Shown here: in pieces, positions 51,295 to 61,116 of the stretch
Position numbering within the stretch: position 1 is the first letter of the stretch
How the letters are laid out: every line of letters starts with the position of its first letter
Source: a virus
IMG/VR virus record: IMGVR_UViG_3300027747_002638
Reading direction: 5' to 3' (one strand)
Length of the DNA: 64,000 nucleotides
Notes under the pieces: model-generated
What the model was told of the DNA's origin: nothing
Database searches by the model: none
The model's input: only the letters and a program-made list of their open reading frames with translations
Made by a program: the position numbers and the translations under genes

Positions 51295-52263
51295 TCATAT
51301 AGATATATGTTCCTTGTGATAATCACTACCTTTTTGAGTTAATGCTCTACCAGTTGGACGAATTTCAATTAAACTATTACGAACAAGATATAATTCAACA
51401 TTCTTTTGCAACATATCTCTTGTAAGATTAGTTTTAGCTGAAAGGTTAGTTAGTCTAACTTCTCCGTGTTCTTTAAGAATTTTAATTACATTAAGTTCGA
51501 TTTCTGAAAGGCCAAGAGGGTAGATGGATAGTTTGCTTTTAATTTCCTTCCAACCTTCGCTAGTCAATTCATTAGATTTTTTACCCGCTAAATAACCAGA
51601 AATTTGATTTGCCATAGATTGAGCTTGTCGAGCATTACCACGACAAACACTAGCCACTTCGTCAATAATCAAATCATTAATCTTTTGCTTTTTTGTAAGT
51701 AGATTTGCAGAAATAATCTTACCCAATTCAATATAAGAATAGTCTTGAAGATCAATTCTATATAGACGATCAAGAAGTGCGTGAAAAATCTTTTGAGCTT
51801 CTGTTGTGCAAAAGATAAAAGAGTTTTGGTTAAATCTAAAAGTATAAGTTCCATCTTCAAAAGAAAAATCATTTTGATTGGTGGAGTTAGGATTTAAAAT
51901 AGTAAGAAGTGCCATAGTAACATCTCTTGGCAATTCACTAGCCTCATCAAAAATAATAGTAATATCTTTATCTGCAACAAAAGGAAGCATAATCTGATTA
52001 AAAAAACTCTTAACATTTTTGATTGTAGAACAATTAACAATTAGAGTTTTCTGTCTATTCATAAGATTAGCTGTTTTTTGAGCGATAAGAGTTTTACCAC
52101 ATCCTCTTGGAGCAACAAAAAGAAGATGAGGCATAATTCTTGTTTGCTGAAATCCCTCTAGTAAGAAATTAATTTTACCCTTTGTCTTTTCTTGTCCAAC
52201 GATCTCTGAAAAATTATCTTTTGTCATATATGTTTTTATACAAGGGTTTTGTTTTGTAATCAA
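51295..52263 (-). CDS. ruvB: RuvB-like Holliday junction branch-migration ATPase
   Basis: FSEIVGQE, Walker A APRGCGKT, IFDEA, FCTT...ALLDR, CRGNARQA, ELYLV...PTGRALT. Confidence 0.85.
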   Translation of the reverse strand: MITKQNPCIKTYMTKDNFSEIVGQEKTKGKINFLLEGFQQTRIMPHLLFVAPRGCGKTLIAQKTANLMNRQKTLIVNCSTIKNVKSFFNQIMLPFVADKDITIIFDEASELPRDVTMALLTILNPNSTNQNDFSFEDGTYTFRFNQNSFIFCTTEAQKIFHALLDRLYRIDLQDYSYIELGKIISANLLTKKQKINDLIIDEVASVCRGNARQAQSMANQISGYLAGKKSNELTSEGWKEIKSKLSIYPLGLSEIELNVIKILKEHGEVRLTNLSAKTNLTRDMLQKNVELYLVRNSLIEIRPTGRALTQKGSDYHKEHISI

Positions 52264-52904
52264 GAAGTTTATTTAAACTACTTGAAAATCAATGCTTTGC
52301 TCTAAACTATTATATGTTTTAGTATTGACTTCCTTTTCAATTCCTTTTATATTTAAATTGTCGAGGAATTTCTTTGATACGATAACTATTGCATCTTGCT
52401 TCAATACTTTATTAAGTTCACTCAATGGAATCATTGAAAAACAAAACGAACCTTTTTTACGACCACGATTAGATTTCATCTTCATCTCCTTCTTCTGTAT
52501 GTGCATTTCTCATAGCGTTTAACAAATCAAATTTCAATGATTCTAAAACGCCAATAACTTGATACGCTGTCATATCACTTTCTTGAGCATACCTTAATAT
52601 ATCTTTGTATAAAGTATCTCTCAACTGATTTCCAGCTTTACAATTAAAATTATCTTCTTCGTTCATAAATTAAATTTACTTACTTTAACTCCAAGTCCTA
52701 AAAAAATCAAGGTAAATATTTTTCCGTATTCGTATGATTGAAATGATATGTCTGTCCTTAAATTGAATTTAAATCCAAACCATTTATCATCATATTCTTT
52801 TTTAAAACCGAGAGAGATGGTCGGTAGGATAACTCTAATCTCAAGATTATTGTCTCTACCAAACCATCTCCCTATGCACCAATCAATGTGCAAACCTAAC
52901 TTCA

Positions 52905-53861
52905 TTATCCCTTAATAAACCTTCCAGTATGAGGGTCACGCTTATTGTGATAATTAGCTTTAAGTGTGCCATCAGTTCCCCAACTAGGAACATCATCTTC
53001 CTCATCTTCATCACCATAAATATCATCATCGGGGTCTACATTATACATTTCTTGCATAGCCTCGATAGCTTCTGGACGATATGGATGAATAAAGTTTCCA
53101 TAAGCAATATCATAAAGTTCTTTGTCAAGAGATTTACGATATAGTGCAACAACTTCTAATTTAGATGCACGAAGTTTCTGACATTCGCAATCTGTTGGAA
53201 CAGATACAACATCGGCGGGGTTAATCTTAACTATTACAAGATTGCCACCACCATTGAAACTCTTTGCATATTCTTCTGACCCAGCGTGATAACCAGCAGA
53301 GCAACCAACATCTGCATTATCGCAAACTTGATTCCTTGCCATCTCACGGACTTGGCCGATAGCAAAATTATGTTTGCCACTATACCAATCAGTAAAATCT
53401 GCTCTAACACTCTTGTATGCAAGGAAATCGCCATCTGGTGTGAGAGGCATTTTCTTATGCTCCAAGAATTTGTAGAGTTCATTAACTGCTCTACGAGAAG
53501 GATTTGCCATTAGCTTATCAAGAAACTTAACAAGAGGCTCGTAAGGCAAGCCATTCTTAATAAAGTTTAAGATTCTATCTACAACGATATTATGAATTTC
53601 TTCGCCAGCATAAGTCACAAGACCATCACGGACTTCAATTTTGCCGTGAGAGAATCGTGCAATAGCTTTGCTCTTGTCGAGAATATCTGGAAGATCGCTA
53701 AACCTTCCTTGTCGAATTGCGGTGATAGCGTCATTCCAAACTGGATTTTCGCTAGTGATAGTCTTTGGCTCATCGTTAAGAACGATGGTAAGACTACGAT
53801 CTGTTAATATGTATGGTATTTTCATTTTTTGTATTTTCTCTCCTTTTTTAGTTTTTGTCAA
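52905..53861 (-). CDS. rIIB: rIIB-like protein
   Basis: NPS..AVNELYKFL...LTPDGDFLAYKSV...CSAGYHAG...VKINPADVVSVPTD. Confidence 0.85.
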   Translation of the reverse strand: MTKTKKGEKIQKMKIPYILTDRSLTIVLNDEPKTITSENPVWNDAITAIRQGRFSDLPDILDKSKAIARFSHGKIEVRDGLVTYAGEEIHNIVVDRILNFIKNGLPYEPLVKFLDKLMANPSRRAVNELYKFLEHKKMPLTPDGDFLAYKSVRADFTDWYSGKHNFAIGQVREMARNQVCDNADVGCSAGYHAGSEEYAKSFNGGGNLVIVKINPADVVSVPTDCECQKLRASKLEVVALYRKSLDKELYDIAYGNFIHPYRPEAIEAMQEMYNVDPDDDIYGDEDEEDDVPSWGTDGTLKANYHNKRDPHTGRFIKG

Positions 53862-56046
53862 TAAGATTTATGTAATTTACAATCTTTGTCATTTTATGCT
53901 TTTCGTTTATCTCCCACATACTGATATGAGGAATAAATGCACCGAGCATTTCATATCTGCTTTGGACATTCTTTAATAGAGCATCCAAATCATAAGTTGG
54001 ATTGACTTGATCGAATTTAATATCAATTTCAGCCAATTTTAAAAATTCAAGAGCTTCTCCAACCTTCTTAAAGTTCGATTTTGCATAAAACATAACCGCA
54101 CTCAAATATTGTGCAAACTCTGAATTTTCATTCTCAATAAGTTCGTGCAACTCTTTCTTGTGCATATTTTGAGCAATATCACTAAAGTTATCATCTTCTC
54201 TATTATGTTTATCCCAATGATTCTTGTCTGTGATTTGCTGTGATAGTTTAGAATACTCCTTGCGGATTCCATCTTCAAGATGTTTCCAGAGGCTTATAAG
54301 ATTTTTATTTTTATTAATAATCTTTTTCTTGGATTCAAAAGTTTTGGATTTGATTCCATAAATCTCTGGAAGTTTCTCGTCAGTCAGTTTTTCATACTGC
54401 TCAAGAATATCTTTTAGAGTTCCATTTCTAAATTCGTGTTCTTTACCTTGAGCTTGGAAGTTGCTAATCTCCACATAGATAGCGGTATCGTTTGCTAAAT
54501 CCATAGCCATAGTCTCCCAATTATTAGAATTTGTTCCCCAATTTGTAGCATCTTTACGCTTAAACTTAAAGATTTGAGAGGAATGTTTTGGATTCTTACT
54601 GGTTACAACGCTAGTTCCAGAATTAATCTTCTGAATTGTAATCTTCTCATAATCAGAAAGATTCAAATAATTCTCATTAACAATACCAAGTTCCTTGTTA
54701 AAGGTATCTTTCGTTACTTGATCTACGAATGTAAATACATAAGCACCATCAATCTTGTCTCCTAATTCATTCCAAAGAGTAGCAAGACGATGAGTTACTC
54801 CCATAGCTGAACCAGTATCATTGACTAGGACTTTATGCGTCTTTTCACAAAGAATCCTTTTAGCCTCATTCTCTGAATTTAATTTTGTGCTTCTGCGAGA
54901 CTTCTGATAAAACTTTGAAGTCAATTTGCCATTCTCAATCATCTTCGCAATCTTATCATTGAAATCAATATGATTATCAGTAATAGTTTTGCTATTCCAA
55001 GTAACCTTATTACTCAAAGCATTACGAACAATATAACCCAAACTGCCATAAGTTCCAAAGACTTCATTATAAAGAGCTTTCGCATCATAGATGTTTGTAG
55101 AGTCTTTAAATTGTTGAGAGATACACTCTGCCATCTCCTTCTTAATCTTGCGAAACTTTTCTCTGATAGCTTTTCTAGTCTTTTCGGTATATTCTAGATT
55201 CTCACGGCTTGCTGTAATATCTAGTTCACCAAGCTCAAACTCAACTTCAAATCCTTGGCTACAAATACTTTGCTCATCAGAATCTTCTTTGAATTGCACA
55301 TCGCTAGTTTCGATAGGATAACCAACTCCCATAATAGCAACAGATTCTTTACCATAGCTAGAGTTATTATAATAAGCCCAACCATTACCTTTAAATATTG
55401 GTGTGCGATCATAGATTTCTGACAAATCTTCTTTTCTTGCACCTTTGATAATTGGCTTGTTCTTAAAATACTTAAATAATTCTTGAGCAGTAGACAAGAA
55501 GGTTTCTGTATCTTCTTCTTTGATTGGAACAGAAATCAAAATGCCAGTAGGCTCGGAAGATTTTTCTTCCTTGAGCTTGACGATCTTACCGATTTTAGTT
55601 TCATCAATAAAAGCATTATAAGTAGTTTTCTTACCATCGTGATAAGAAATTAAAACAAAGTTATCACCATAACTGAATGGTGCGAATTTGCCAATGCCAT
55701 AATATCCAATAGCAGAATTACTATTGCGTTTGGTAGATTCACCATAATAGCAATAAAGATTCTTAATATCATCAGCAGAAAGACCATTACCAAAATCTCT
55801 GATAGTTAAGGTAGGCTCTAGCTTTGTAGGAAGTTTAATCTCAATAGGACGCTTGCTCTTTGCTTCGATGTTAGCGTCTTGTGCATTACAAGTAATCTCA
55901 CGCAATACTGCGAGAGGTTTGTTGGAATACAACTGATTGCGAAGGATGTTAAAGATATAAGGAAGTCCAGATTGCTTGATTCCGAAACTTACGGATTCAA
56001 AACTATCGGACTCGACTACATTGATTGGTTTTTCGATTAATTTCAT
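53848..56046 (-). CDS. rIIA: rIIA-like protein (N-terminal GHKL/HSP90-type ATPase)
   Basis: LYSNKPLAVLREITCNAQDA...IRDFGNGLS...YGESTK...GYYGIGKFAPFSY; directly upstream of rIIB. Confidence 0.85.
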   Translation of the reverse strand: MKLIEKPINVVESDSFESVSFGIKQSGLPYIFNILRNQLYSNKPLAVLREITCNAQDANIEAKSKRPIEIKLPTKLEPTLTIRDFGNGLSADDIKNLYCYYGESTKRNSNSAIGYYGIGKFAPFSYGDNFVLISYHDGKKTTYNAFIDETKIGKIVKLKEEKSSEPTGILISVPIKEEDTETFLSTAQELFKYFKNKPIIKGARKEDLSEIYDRTPIFKGNGWAYYNNSSYGKESVAIMGVGYPIETSDVQFKEDSDEQSICSQGFEVEFELGELDITASRENLEYTEKTRKAIREKFRKIKKEMAECISQQFKDSTNIYDAKALYNEVFGTYGSLGYIVRNALSNKVTWNSKTITDNHIDFNDKIAKMIENGKLTSKFYQKSRRSTKLNSENEAKRILCEKTHKVLVNDTGSAMGVTHRLATLWNELGDKIDGAYVFTFVDQVTKDTFNKELGIVNENYLNLSDYEKITIQKINSGTSVVTSKNPKHSSQIFKFKRKDATNWGTNSNNWETMAMDLANDTAIYVEISNFQAQGKEHEFRNGTLKDILEQYEKLTDEKLPEIYGIKSKTFESKKKIINKNKNLISLWKHLEDGIRKEYSKLSQQITDKNHWDKHNREDDNFSDIAQNMHKKELHELIENENSEFAQYLSAVMFYAKSNFKKVGEALEFLKLAEIDIKFDQVNPTYDLDALLKNVQSRYEMLGAFIPHISMWEINEKHKMTKIVNYINLIDKN

Positions 56047-56089
56047 ATATTGAATTTAAATTAAATTTAAAATGATGTCAAATAATATT

Positions 56090-57202
56090 TTATTCGTAGC
56101 TATCTCTATCAATAGCAATCACATAGGGAAATCTTGGCACTTCATCTGGTGTGTAATTGAAGAATTTTATAGTAGCTTTCTTGCCAATGATCTTGTTTTT
56201 ATCTTTGAGAAGTTTAGCTAGGTATTCAAAATCACCTTTGATATTACTTTTGAACATCCTACCATCTTTATTTTTAAAACACATATATCCAGCAGTTCCT
56301 TTTCTATTTCCTTCGCCTTCTGCAACATCTAAAATTTGAAATTCAGCATCCATAAATTCTTTTCTTTTAAGAAGAAACTTACTACGCTTATTCTCATAAG
56401 GTCTATTAAGTCTAACCATCTGACCCTCATAACCATTCTCCATATACATTTCATAAGATTCAGTAAGTTCTTTTTCGTTACTTACTTTTAGGGTAGTTAC
56501 AATAACTATACTTGTATATTTCCTTTTAGTAAGAGCATTAGAAAATAATTCATATCTCTCATAGAATAAATCTTTTTCATTTAACAAACCAATTTTAGGT
56601 GCATCATAAACCCAATACTGAATACTATCTGCACTTTCCTCTAGTTCCTCATCAGTAGGTTTAGTTCTTTTTACAAGAGAGCAAATCTTATTAAAATCAT
56701 TTGCAAACTTATCACAATATAACTCACCATCAAGAATAGCATTAGGATAATCTTTAAAGAATAAATCTAGATTCTGGCGAATGTGAGGAGCAGAAATAAT
56801 CTTCTTGCCGTTTCTGCTAAACATTCCATCTTTTGTTACAATACAACGAATACCATCAAGTTTAGGTTGGCTATAAACTGGATAATTGATTTCGTGATCT
56901 TCATATTTTTGTGCAAGCATTGGCTCAAAGTATTGAACCTTATTAATATCTTTGATAGACTCAAAGTAACCAGATTCTAATTTCTTCTTGCGTTTTGCTT
57001 CTGCTTCTTTGATTGCTTGTTCTTCTGGAGTAGTAGCATTTGCTCTGCCAGCATTTTTAATATCACAATCACTCCAATTATTAGTAATCTTTTCACCATC
57101 TGTTTGACCAGAAATAGTGCGGTATTGATTTCCTTTAACTTCAATAGTCCACTCTTGGACTTTGCCAGTTTTAGTCTTTTTATAAATTGTAGGTAACTTC
57201 AT
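56090..57202 (-). CDS. ATP-dependent DNA ligase
   Basis: PMLA...QPKLDGIRC, LDGELY, GYEGQM, YENKRS..LLKRK, PRFP. Confidence 0.92.
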   Translation of the reverse strand: MKLPTIYKKTKTGKVQEWTIEVKGNQYRTISGQTDGEKITNNWSDCDIKNAGRANATTPEEQAIKEAEAKRKKKLESGYFESIKDINKVQYFEPMLAQKYEDHEINYPVYSQPKLDGIRCIVTKDGMFSRNGKKIISAPHIRQNLDLFFKDYPNAILDGELYCDKFANDFNKICSLVKRTKPTDEELEESADSIQYWVYDAPKIGLLNEKDLFYERYELFSNALTKRKYTSIVIVTTLKVSNEKELTESYEMYMENGYEGQMVRLNRPYENKRSKFLLKRKEFMDAEFQILDVAEGEGNRKGTAGYMCFKNKDGRMFKSNIKGDFEYLAKLLKDKNKIIGKKATIKFFNYTPDEVPRFPYVIAIDRDSYE

Positions 57203-57233
57203 AGTCTCAGTTTATACTGGACTAGCCAACTTG

Positions 57234-57422
57234 TCAAATTTTGTTTTTTTTTGATTTAGAAGGACTTACGACTTTCAATAAACTCCAACTACCATCTTTG
57301 TTATCTTGCCAATCAATCGTATCACCGATTTTCCATCCCATTTTTTTCATTAAAGAATTTGGTAACTCAATGTATTGATAACCATTTTCTTCTTTTACTT
57401 CAATTTTAATAGGGGTTTTCAT
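57234..57422 (-). CDS. AbrB/MazE-like DNA-binding protein
   Basis: YIELPNSLMKKMGWKIGDTIDW. Confidence 0.7.
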   Translation of the reverse strand: MKTPIKIEVKEENGYQYIELPNSLMKKMGWKIGDTIDWQDNKDGSWSLLKVVSPSKSKKNKI

Positions 57423-58006
57423 TATTTTGATATTTTATTCATTACTGAAATATTTTGTAAATTTAATTCTATTATAGCATTATTTACCGCTTGTCCAGCT
57501 TCATCTTCAGTTTTAAAAAAACCTAAATGCTTTTCAATAGTTTTTTGATTTTTGTATTTCGGATAATTTTTTGGTATAGTAACTCTTGCTCTCCAAATTT
57601 TTCCAGTTTTAAGTTTTAATGCTTTCTTGTCTAAATTTACTCCGATATATTTAGAAGATGTTGCTTTTACTCTTTTCCTTCTTTTCCTTCTGTTTTCTTG
57701 CATAGTTAATGGCTTTAAATTATCTATTGTATTATTTAATGGGTTAAAATCTGTATGGTCTATTTCTTCTGGCAAATATCTATGCTTATGATAGAATAAA
57801 ATATTATGCAATAATACTCTAATTATTTTTCCTTTTCTACTATAATTAATTTGAGGATATTTACATCCACCACTTACTTGAGGAATATATGTATGATTAG
57901 TTTTTCTTTTGGTTACTGATTGTTCAGATAAATTAATAAATAATTCTTCATCCATTTTATCTGCACTAGGCCAAAGTTCAAGAACAACTCTAAAATTTTT
58001 TCTCAT
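57422..58006 (-). CDS. HNH-AP2 homing endonuclease
   Basis: IDHTDFNPLNNTIDNL..N; SSKYIGV...WRARV...HLGFFKTEDEA. Confidence 0.85.
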   Translation of the reverse strand: MRKNFRVVLELWPSADKMDEELFINLSEQSVTKRKTNHTYIPQVSGGCKYPQINYSRKGKIIRVLLHNILFYHKHRYLPEEIDHTDFNPLNNTIDNLKPLTMQENRRKRRKRVKATSSKYIGVNLDKKALKLKTGKIWRARVTIPKNYPKYKNQKTIEKHLGFFKTEDEAGQAVNNAIIELNLQNISVMNKISK

Positions 58007-58650
58007 CTTGGTGTTAAAACCTTTATGATTTTTCTAATGCCTTTCCATTGTAACCAATTCAAAAAATTAATAATCTTGACAATGCCAATAGAAAGTTTCC
58101 ATTCAATAAAATTCATAGTCTTAACATAATATTTAAAGTAGAAACTATAAACTGGACATTTCATTTTTCTTTCGTGATCTTCTATTTCTTTCATAAAAGA
58201 TTCTTGTGCCTCTATTCTTTGACCAGATGAATTTTTTTCTATGGGCTTAATTAAGGATATTTCTGTTAATAAACCTTGGACTACAACGCATTTCCAGTCT
58301 GGAAAGTAATCATAGCTTTCCTTGGTTTTGCCAGAGATGTAAGCACCAAAAGTAAATGTGCCAGTATAATCATCTCTAAAAACTTCTTCTCTACTATCTT
58401 CTACCAATTTATTCTTATTAAAAAATTCACCAAATCTACTACCATCTTTTACATAATCTGGATTATCTTCCCAATGGCTAGTTATTTTTAATTCAAATAA
58501 TCTATAATCACGAATAATATAAGTAGACATAAGACTTTCTTCTAGTTCTTTTGTTTGAAATTCTTCTTTCTTGAAATCAATATTAAGAGCTTTCAACTCA
58601 TCATTAAGAGGTAAATCTTGCTCGACTTTGATATAATTAAACATACCCAT
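58003..58650 (-). CDS. Conserved hypothetical phage protein
   Basis: MGMFNYI...FQTKEL motif. Confidence 0.65.
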   Translation of the reverse strand: MGMFNYIKVEQDLPLNDELKALNIDFKKEEFQTKELEESLMSTYIIRDYRLFELKITSHWEDNPDYVKDGSRFGEFFNKNKLVEDSREEVFRDDYTGTFTFGAYISGKTKESYDYFPDWKCVVVQGLLTEISLIKPIEKNSSGQRIEAQESFMKEIEDHERKMKCPVYSFYFKYYVKTMNFIEWKLSIGIVKIINFLNWLQWKGIRKIIKVLTPR

Positions 58651-58667
58651 ATACTATATATTATCCT

Positions 58668-59336
58668 TTATTTAATTTTTGTCAATTTTATATTGCCTTT
58701 TTTATCTATAACAACATAGCCACATTCTTTTTCACAGAAACTTCCAGTATTTACATATTTATCTGTATTTTCTGGAAGATGAGTATGACCACAAATTATC
58801 TTATCATATCCATTCATATTAATATATTTTAAAGCGTTTTGTTTAATGTTGGAGCTTTTCTCTACAAAATCGTTTGTATGATGTTTAAATAATCTAAAGA
58901 AATCCTCTGCAAATGGAGTATAGTGTCTGATGAAGTAATATACCTTAATAATAAAATTAGTAATCCATTTGTATTTTGTAAAATAAATATCAAATATATC
59001 TCCGTGAACCACTAATATCTTTTCATCTTTTAAATCTATGATATGTTCGTCCTTGCAATTAAAGCCAAGAAGAATACTCATAAACTCTGCTTTAAGAAAA
59101 CAATGATTGCCAATTAAATAAATTATCTTGCATTTTTTAGAAAGTTTGCGTAATTTAGATAATACCTTCCAATGGGCTTTATTTAACCTATGTAAATTGT
59201 GGTGGTCAAAAAGATCGCCAGCAATTATAATTGTTTTTGCTTTGTTTTCTTTTAATACTTTTAAAACTAAATCTGCTCTGGAATGTTTATCTCCAAGATG
59301 AATGTCTGATAATATTAAATATTTATTCATTACCAA
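58668..59336 (-). CDS. Calcineurin-like metallophosphoesterase (LpxH-like)
   Basis: SDIHLG, AGDLFD, GNH, HGD, CGHTH, NTGSF. Confidence 0.85.
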   Translation of the reverse strand: MVMNKYLILSDIHLGDKHSRADLVLKVLKENKAKTIIIAGDLFDHHNLHRLNKAHWKVLSKLRKLSKKCKIIYLIGNHCFLKAEFMSILLGFNCKDEHIIDLKDEKILVVHGDIFDIYFTKYKWITNFIIKVYYFIRHYTPFAEDFFRLFKHHTNDFVEKSSNIKQNALKYINMNGYDKIICGHTHLPENTDKYVNTGSFCEKECGYVVIDKKGNIKLTKIK

Positions 59337-59415
59337 TGATGTATTGCGTTAATTATAAGAACTATATTAGCAATTACACCAAGGATAACTATAAACATTT
59401 CATATAGCTTGTGCG

Positions 59416-60315
59416 TCATAAGTTTGCAAAAGATTGTTCTTTCATCTTTAATTCAAAATCCACATCTATATTATCATAACCATAAGTATTAGGCAAGGAC
59501 TTTGCGTAGTCTGCGTGTTTGCGTGGATTCTTGTGACCATCAATGCTTTCGGAGTAATGAAATAGTGGAGTATGATTGCCCCAAGTAATTCGTGCAAGAT
59601 GAAACGCTTGTTCCTCTGATAGATTATCTGGATGACATTTGTGATGAAGATAATCAAAAGTAATAGGAATGTTAGAAACAGAATGGAAATGTTTCATAAG
59701 TTTCTTAACTGACCAGCAAGTGTCTTTATCGTCATTTTCAATAACTAATCTAGACCTAACATCGTTTGATAGTTTTTCAAAGTTACTCATAAACTTTTTA
59801 ACTATATGATTTAGATTGCCCTTGGAATTATGTATGTGCATATTCATAGGTGCATCATAGTTTAGTGGACAGCCAATTTGTGTCATAAACCAACCATAGT
59901 GATTTAATTCTTTGATTGTTTTGTCGATTGCATTTTGATTGTCACTTGCAAGAACATTAAATTCAGAGGGATGGCAAGAAACTCTTGCGTTCTTGGATTG
60001 AACTAGATTCTTGATATTATTAAACTGATTTACTATTCTCTCATAGTCTGGCAAATCTTGTAATGATACATTTGCTTTGTCATAAGTAATAAGAGGAAAT
60101 AGATCAGAAGAAATTCTATAAGTATGATTATGGTCGGCACAATATTTTATGTATTGATAAGTGGTAGTCATATTGTTTAATATTCTAGAGGATAGGGTAG
60201 AAAGAGCTTCTTTCCTATCCATCGCAGAAAAACGAGCATAAGTCATAGTATTGAACTTGATAGGATTATCTTGTTCAGTTAGACTTAATACAATACAACA
60301 AACTCCTTTTCTCAT
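59416..60315 (-). CDS. uvsE: UV DNA damage endonuclease
   Basis: YRISSDLFP, SCHPSEF.VL.S, RLVIENDDK, FDYLHH, FHYSES, HADY, ELKMKE. Confidence 0.9.
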   Translation of the reverse strand: MRKGVCCIVLSLTEQDNPIKFNTMTYARFSAMDRKEALSTLSSRILNNMTTTYQYIKYCADHNHTYRISSDLFPLITYDKANVSLQDLPDYERIVNQFNNIKNLVQSKNARVSCHPSEFNVLASDNQNAIDKTIKELNHYGWFMTQIGCPLNYDAPMNMHIHNSKGNLNHIVKKFMSNFEKLSNDVRSRLVIENDDKDTCWSVKKLMKHFHSVSNIPITFDYLHHKCHPDNLSEEQAFHLARITWGNHTPLFHYSESIDGHKNPRKHADYAKSLPNTYGYDNIDVDFELKMKEQSFANL

Positions 60316-60559
60316 AGTAAAAGTATATTACTATTTGTCAAATCTGTCAATACTTTATATGTTATTTGTAAATGTATGTAGCTGAACCATTATGGTTTTT
60401 TAATTCTTTTTTAATCAACGACTTATCTCTTTCATCTGACCAATTTATACTATCAAAGTTTTCCTTAAACCTATTAGAGAAACAATTTCTTGCTTTATCG
60501 CCTTTTCCAGCACCATTATTTGGCCGAGATTGATTCATATTTGGACTTTTTTCATTCAT

Positions 60560-60652
60560 ATATTTGGCTTTTTCGTGTTCACAAATATAGATATTTGGCT
60601 AAATCCTACTCACAAATAGGAGTATATTTGCCTAAATCTCGTTAGCAAATAT
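60560..60652. repeat. Three tandem ATATTTG-N15-CAAATA(T) inverted-repeat boxes
   Basis: Units at 60560-60588, 60591-60619, 60624-60652. Confidence 0.8.
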
Positions 60653-60945
60653 TACTTTTTAAAGTCACCAAGATCGCGATCAAAAGAAAACTTTCCAGGT
60701 TTTTCTACAAGACCTTGATAAGTTTCTTCTGTACATCCAGCCATTTCGGTAAATGGAGCTACTACTGCAAAAATTCCAAATGCACCAATTGTTGCTGCGG
60801 TTGAAATTGGGCGAACAAATACTAAGTCTCCAGCAGATAGAAAGCCATCTGCAACTGGAGTGGATTCGCTTTGAGTACCAGTATCTGACAAGCCTAAAGA
60901 GGCAGAAAATAGTGCAATTAATGCTAGTGTTTTAATTTTATTCAT
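60652..60945 (-). CDS. Secreted/membrane small protein
   Basis: Signal peptide; DLVFVRPIS...VVAPF...LVEKP..FSFDRDLGDF. Confidence 0.7.
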   Translation of the reverse strand: MNKIKTLALIALFSASLGLSDTGTQSESTPVADGFLSAGDLVFVRPISTAATIGAFGIFAVVAPFTEMAGCTEETYQGLVEKPGKFSFDRDLGDFKK

Positions 60946-60984
60946 ATTAATATATTATATATGACTATTATGGTTTTGTCAAAT

Positions 60985-61013
60985 ATATTTGGCATTTTCT
61001 TGTTAGCAAATAT
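60985..61013. repeat. Fourth ATATTTG-N15-CAAATAT box
   Basis: atatttg-gcattttcttgttag-caaatat, beside a -35 TTGACA. Confidence 0.75.
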
Positions 61014-61020
61014 GATATTT

Positions 61021-61107
61021 TGGAACGAGTAGGATTTGAACCTACGGATGGATTTAACCATCGGAAGTTTAGTAAACTTCTGCTTTAGACCACTCAGCCA
61101 TCGTTCC
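61021..61107 (-). tRNA. tRNA-Ser(ACT)
   Basis: GGAACGA acceptor; GAAGT-TTACTAA-ACTTC; long V arm; GTAGG-TTCAAAT-CCTAC. Confidence 0.85.
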
Positions 61108-61116
61108 AAAAACTTT

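Noticed and set aside
57234-57422. Toxin-antitoxin pair around the AbrB/MazE-like gene
   Set aside because: The neighbours are an HNH-AP2 endonuclease and DNA ligase; no toxin gene is recognisable.
60560-60652. Mini-CRISPR reading of the ATATTTG repeats
   Set aside because: The conserved parts are only 7 bp with 15-nt semi-conserved spacers, which fits operator-like dyads instead.
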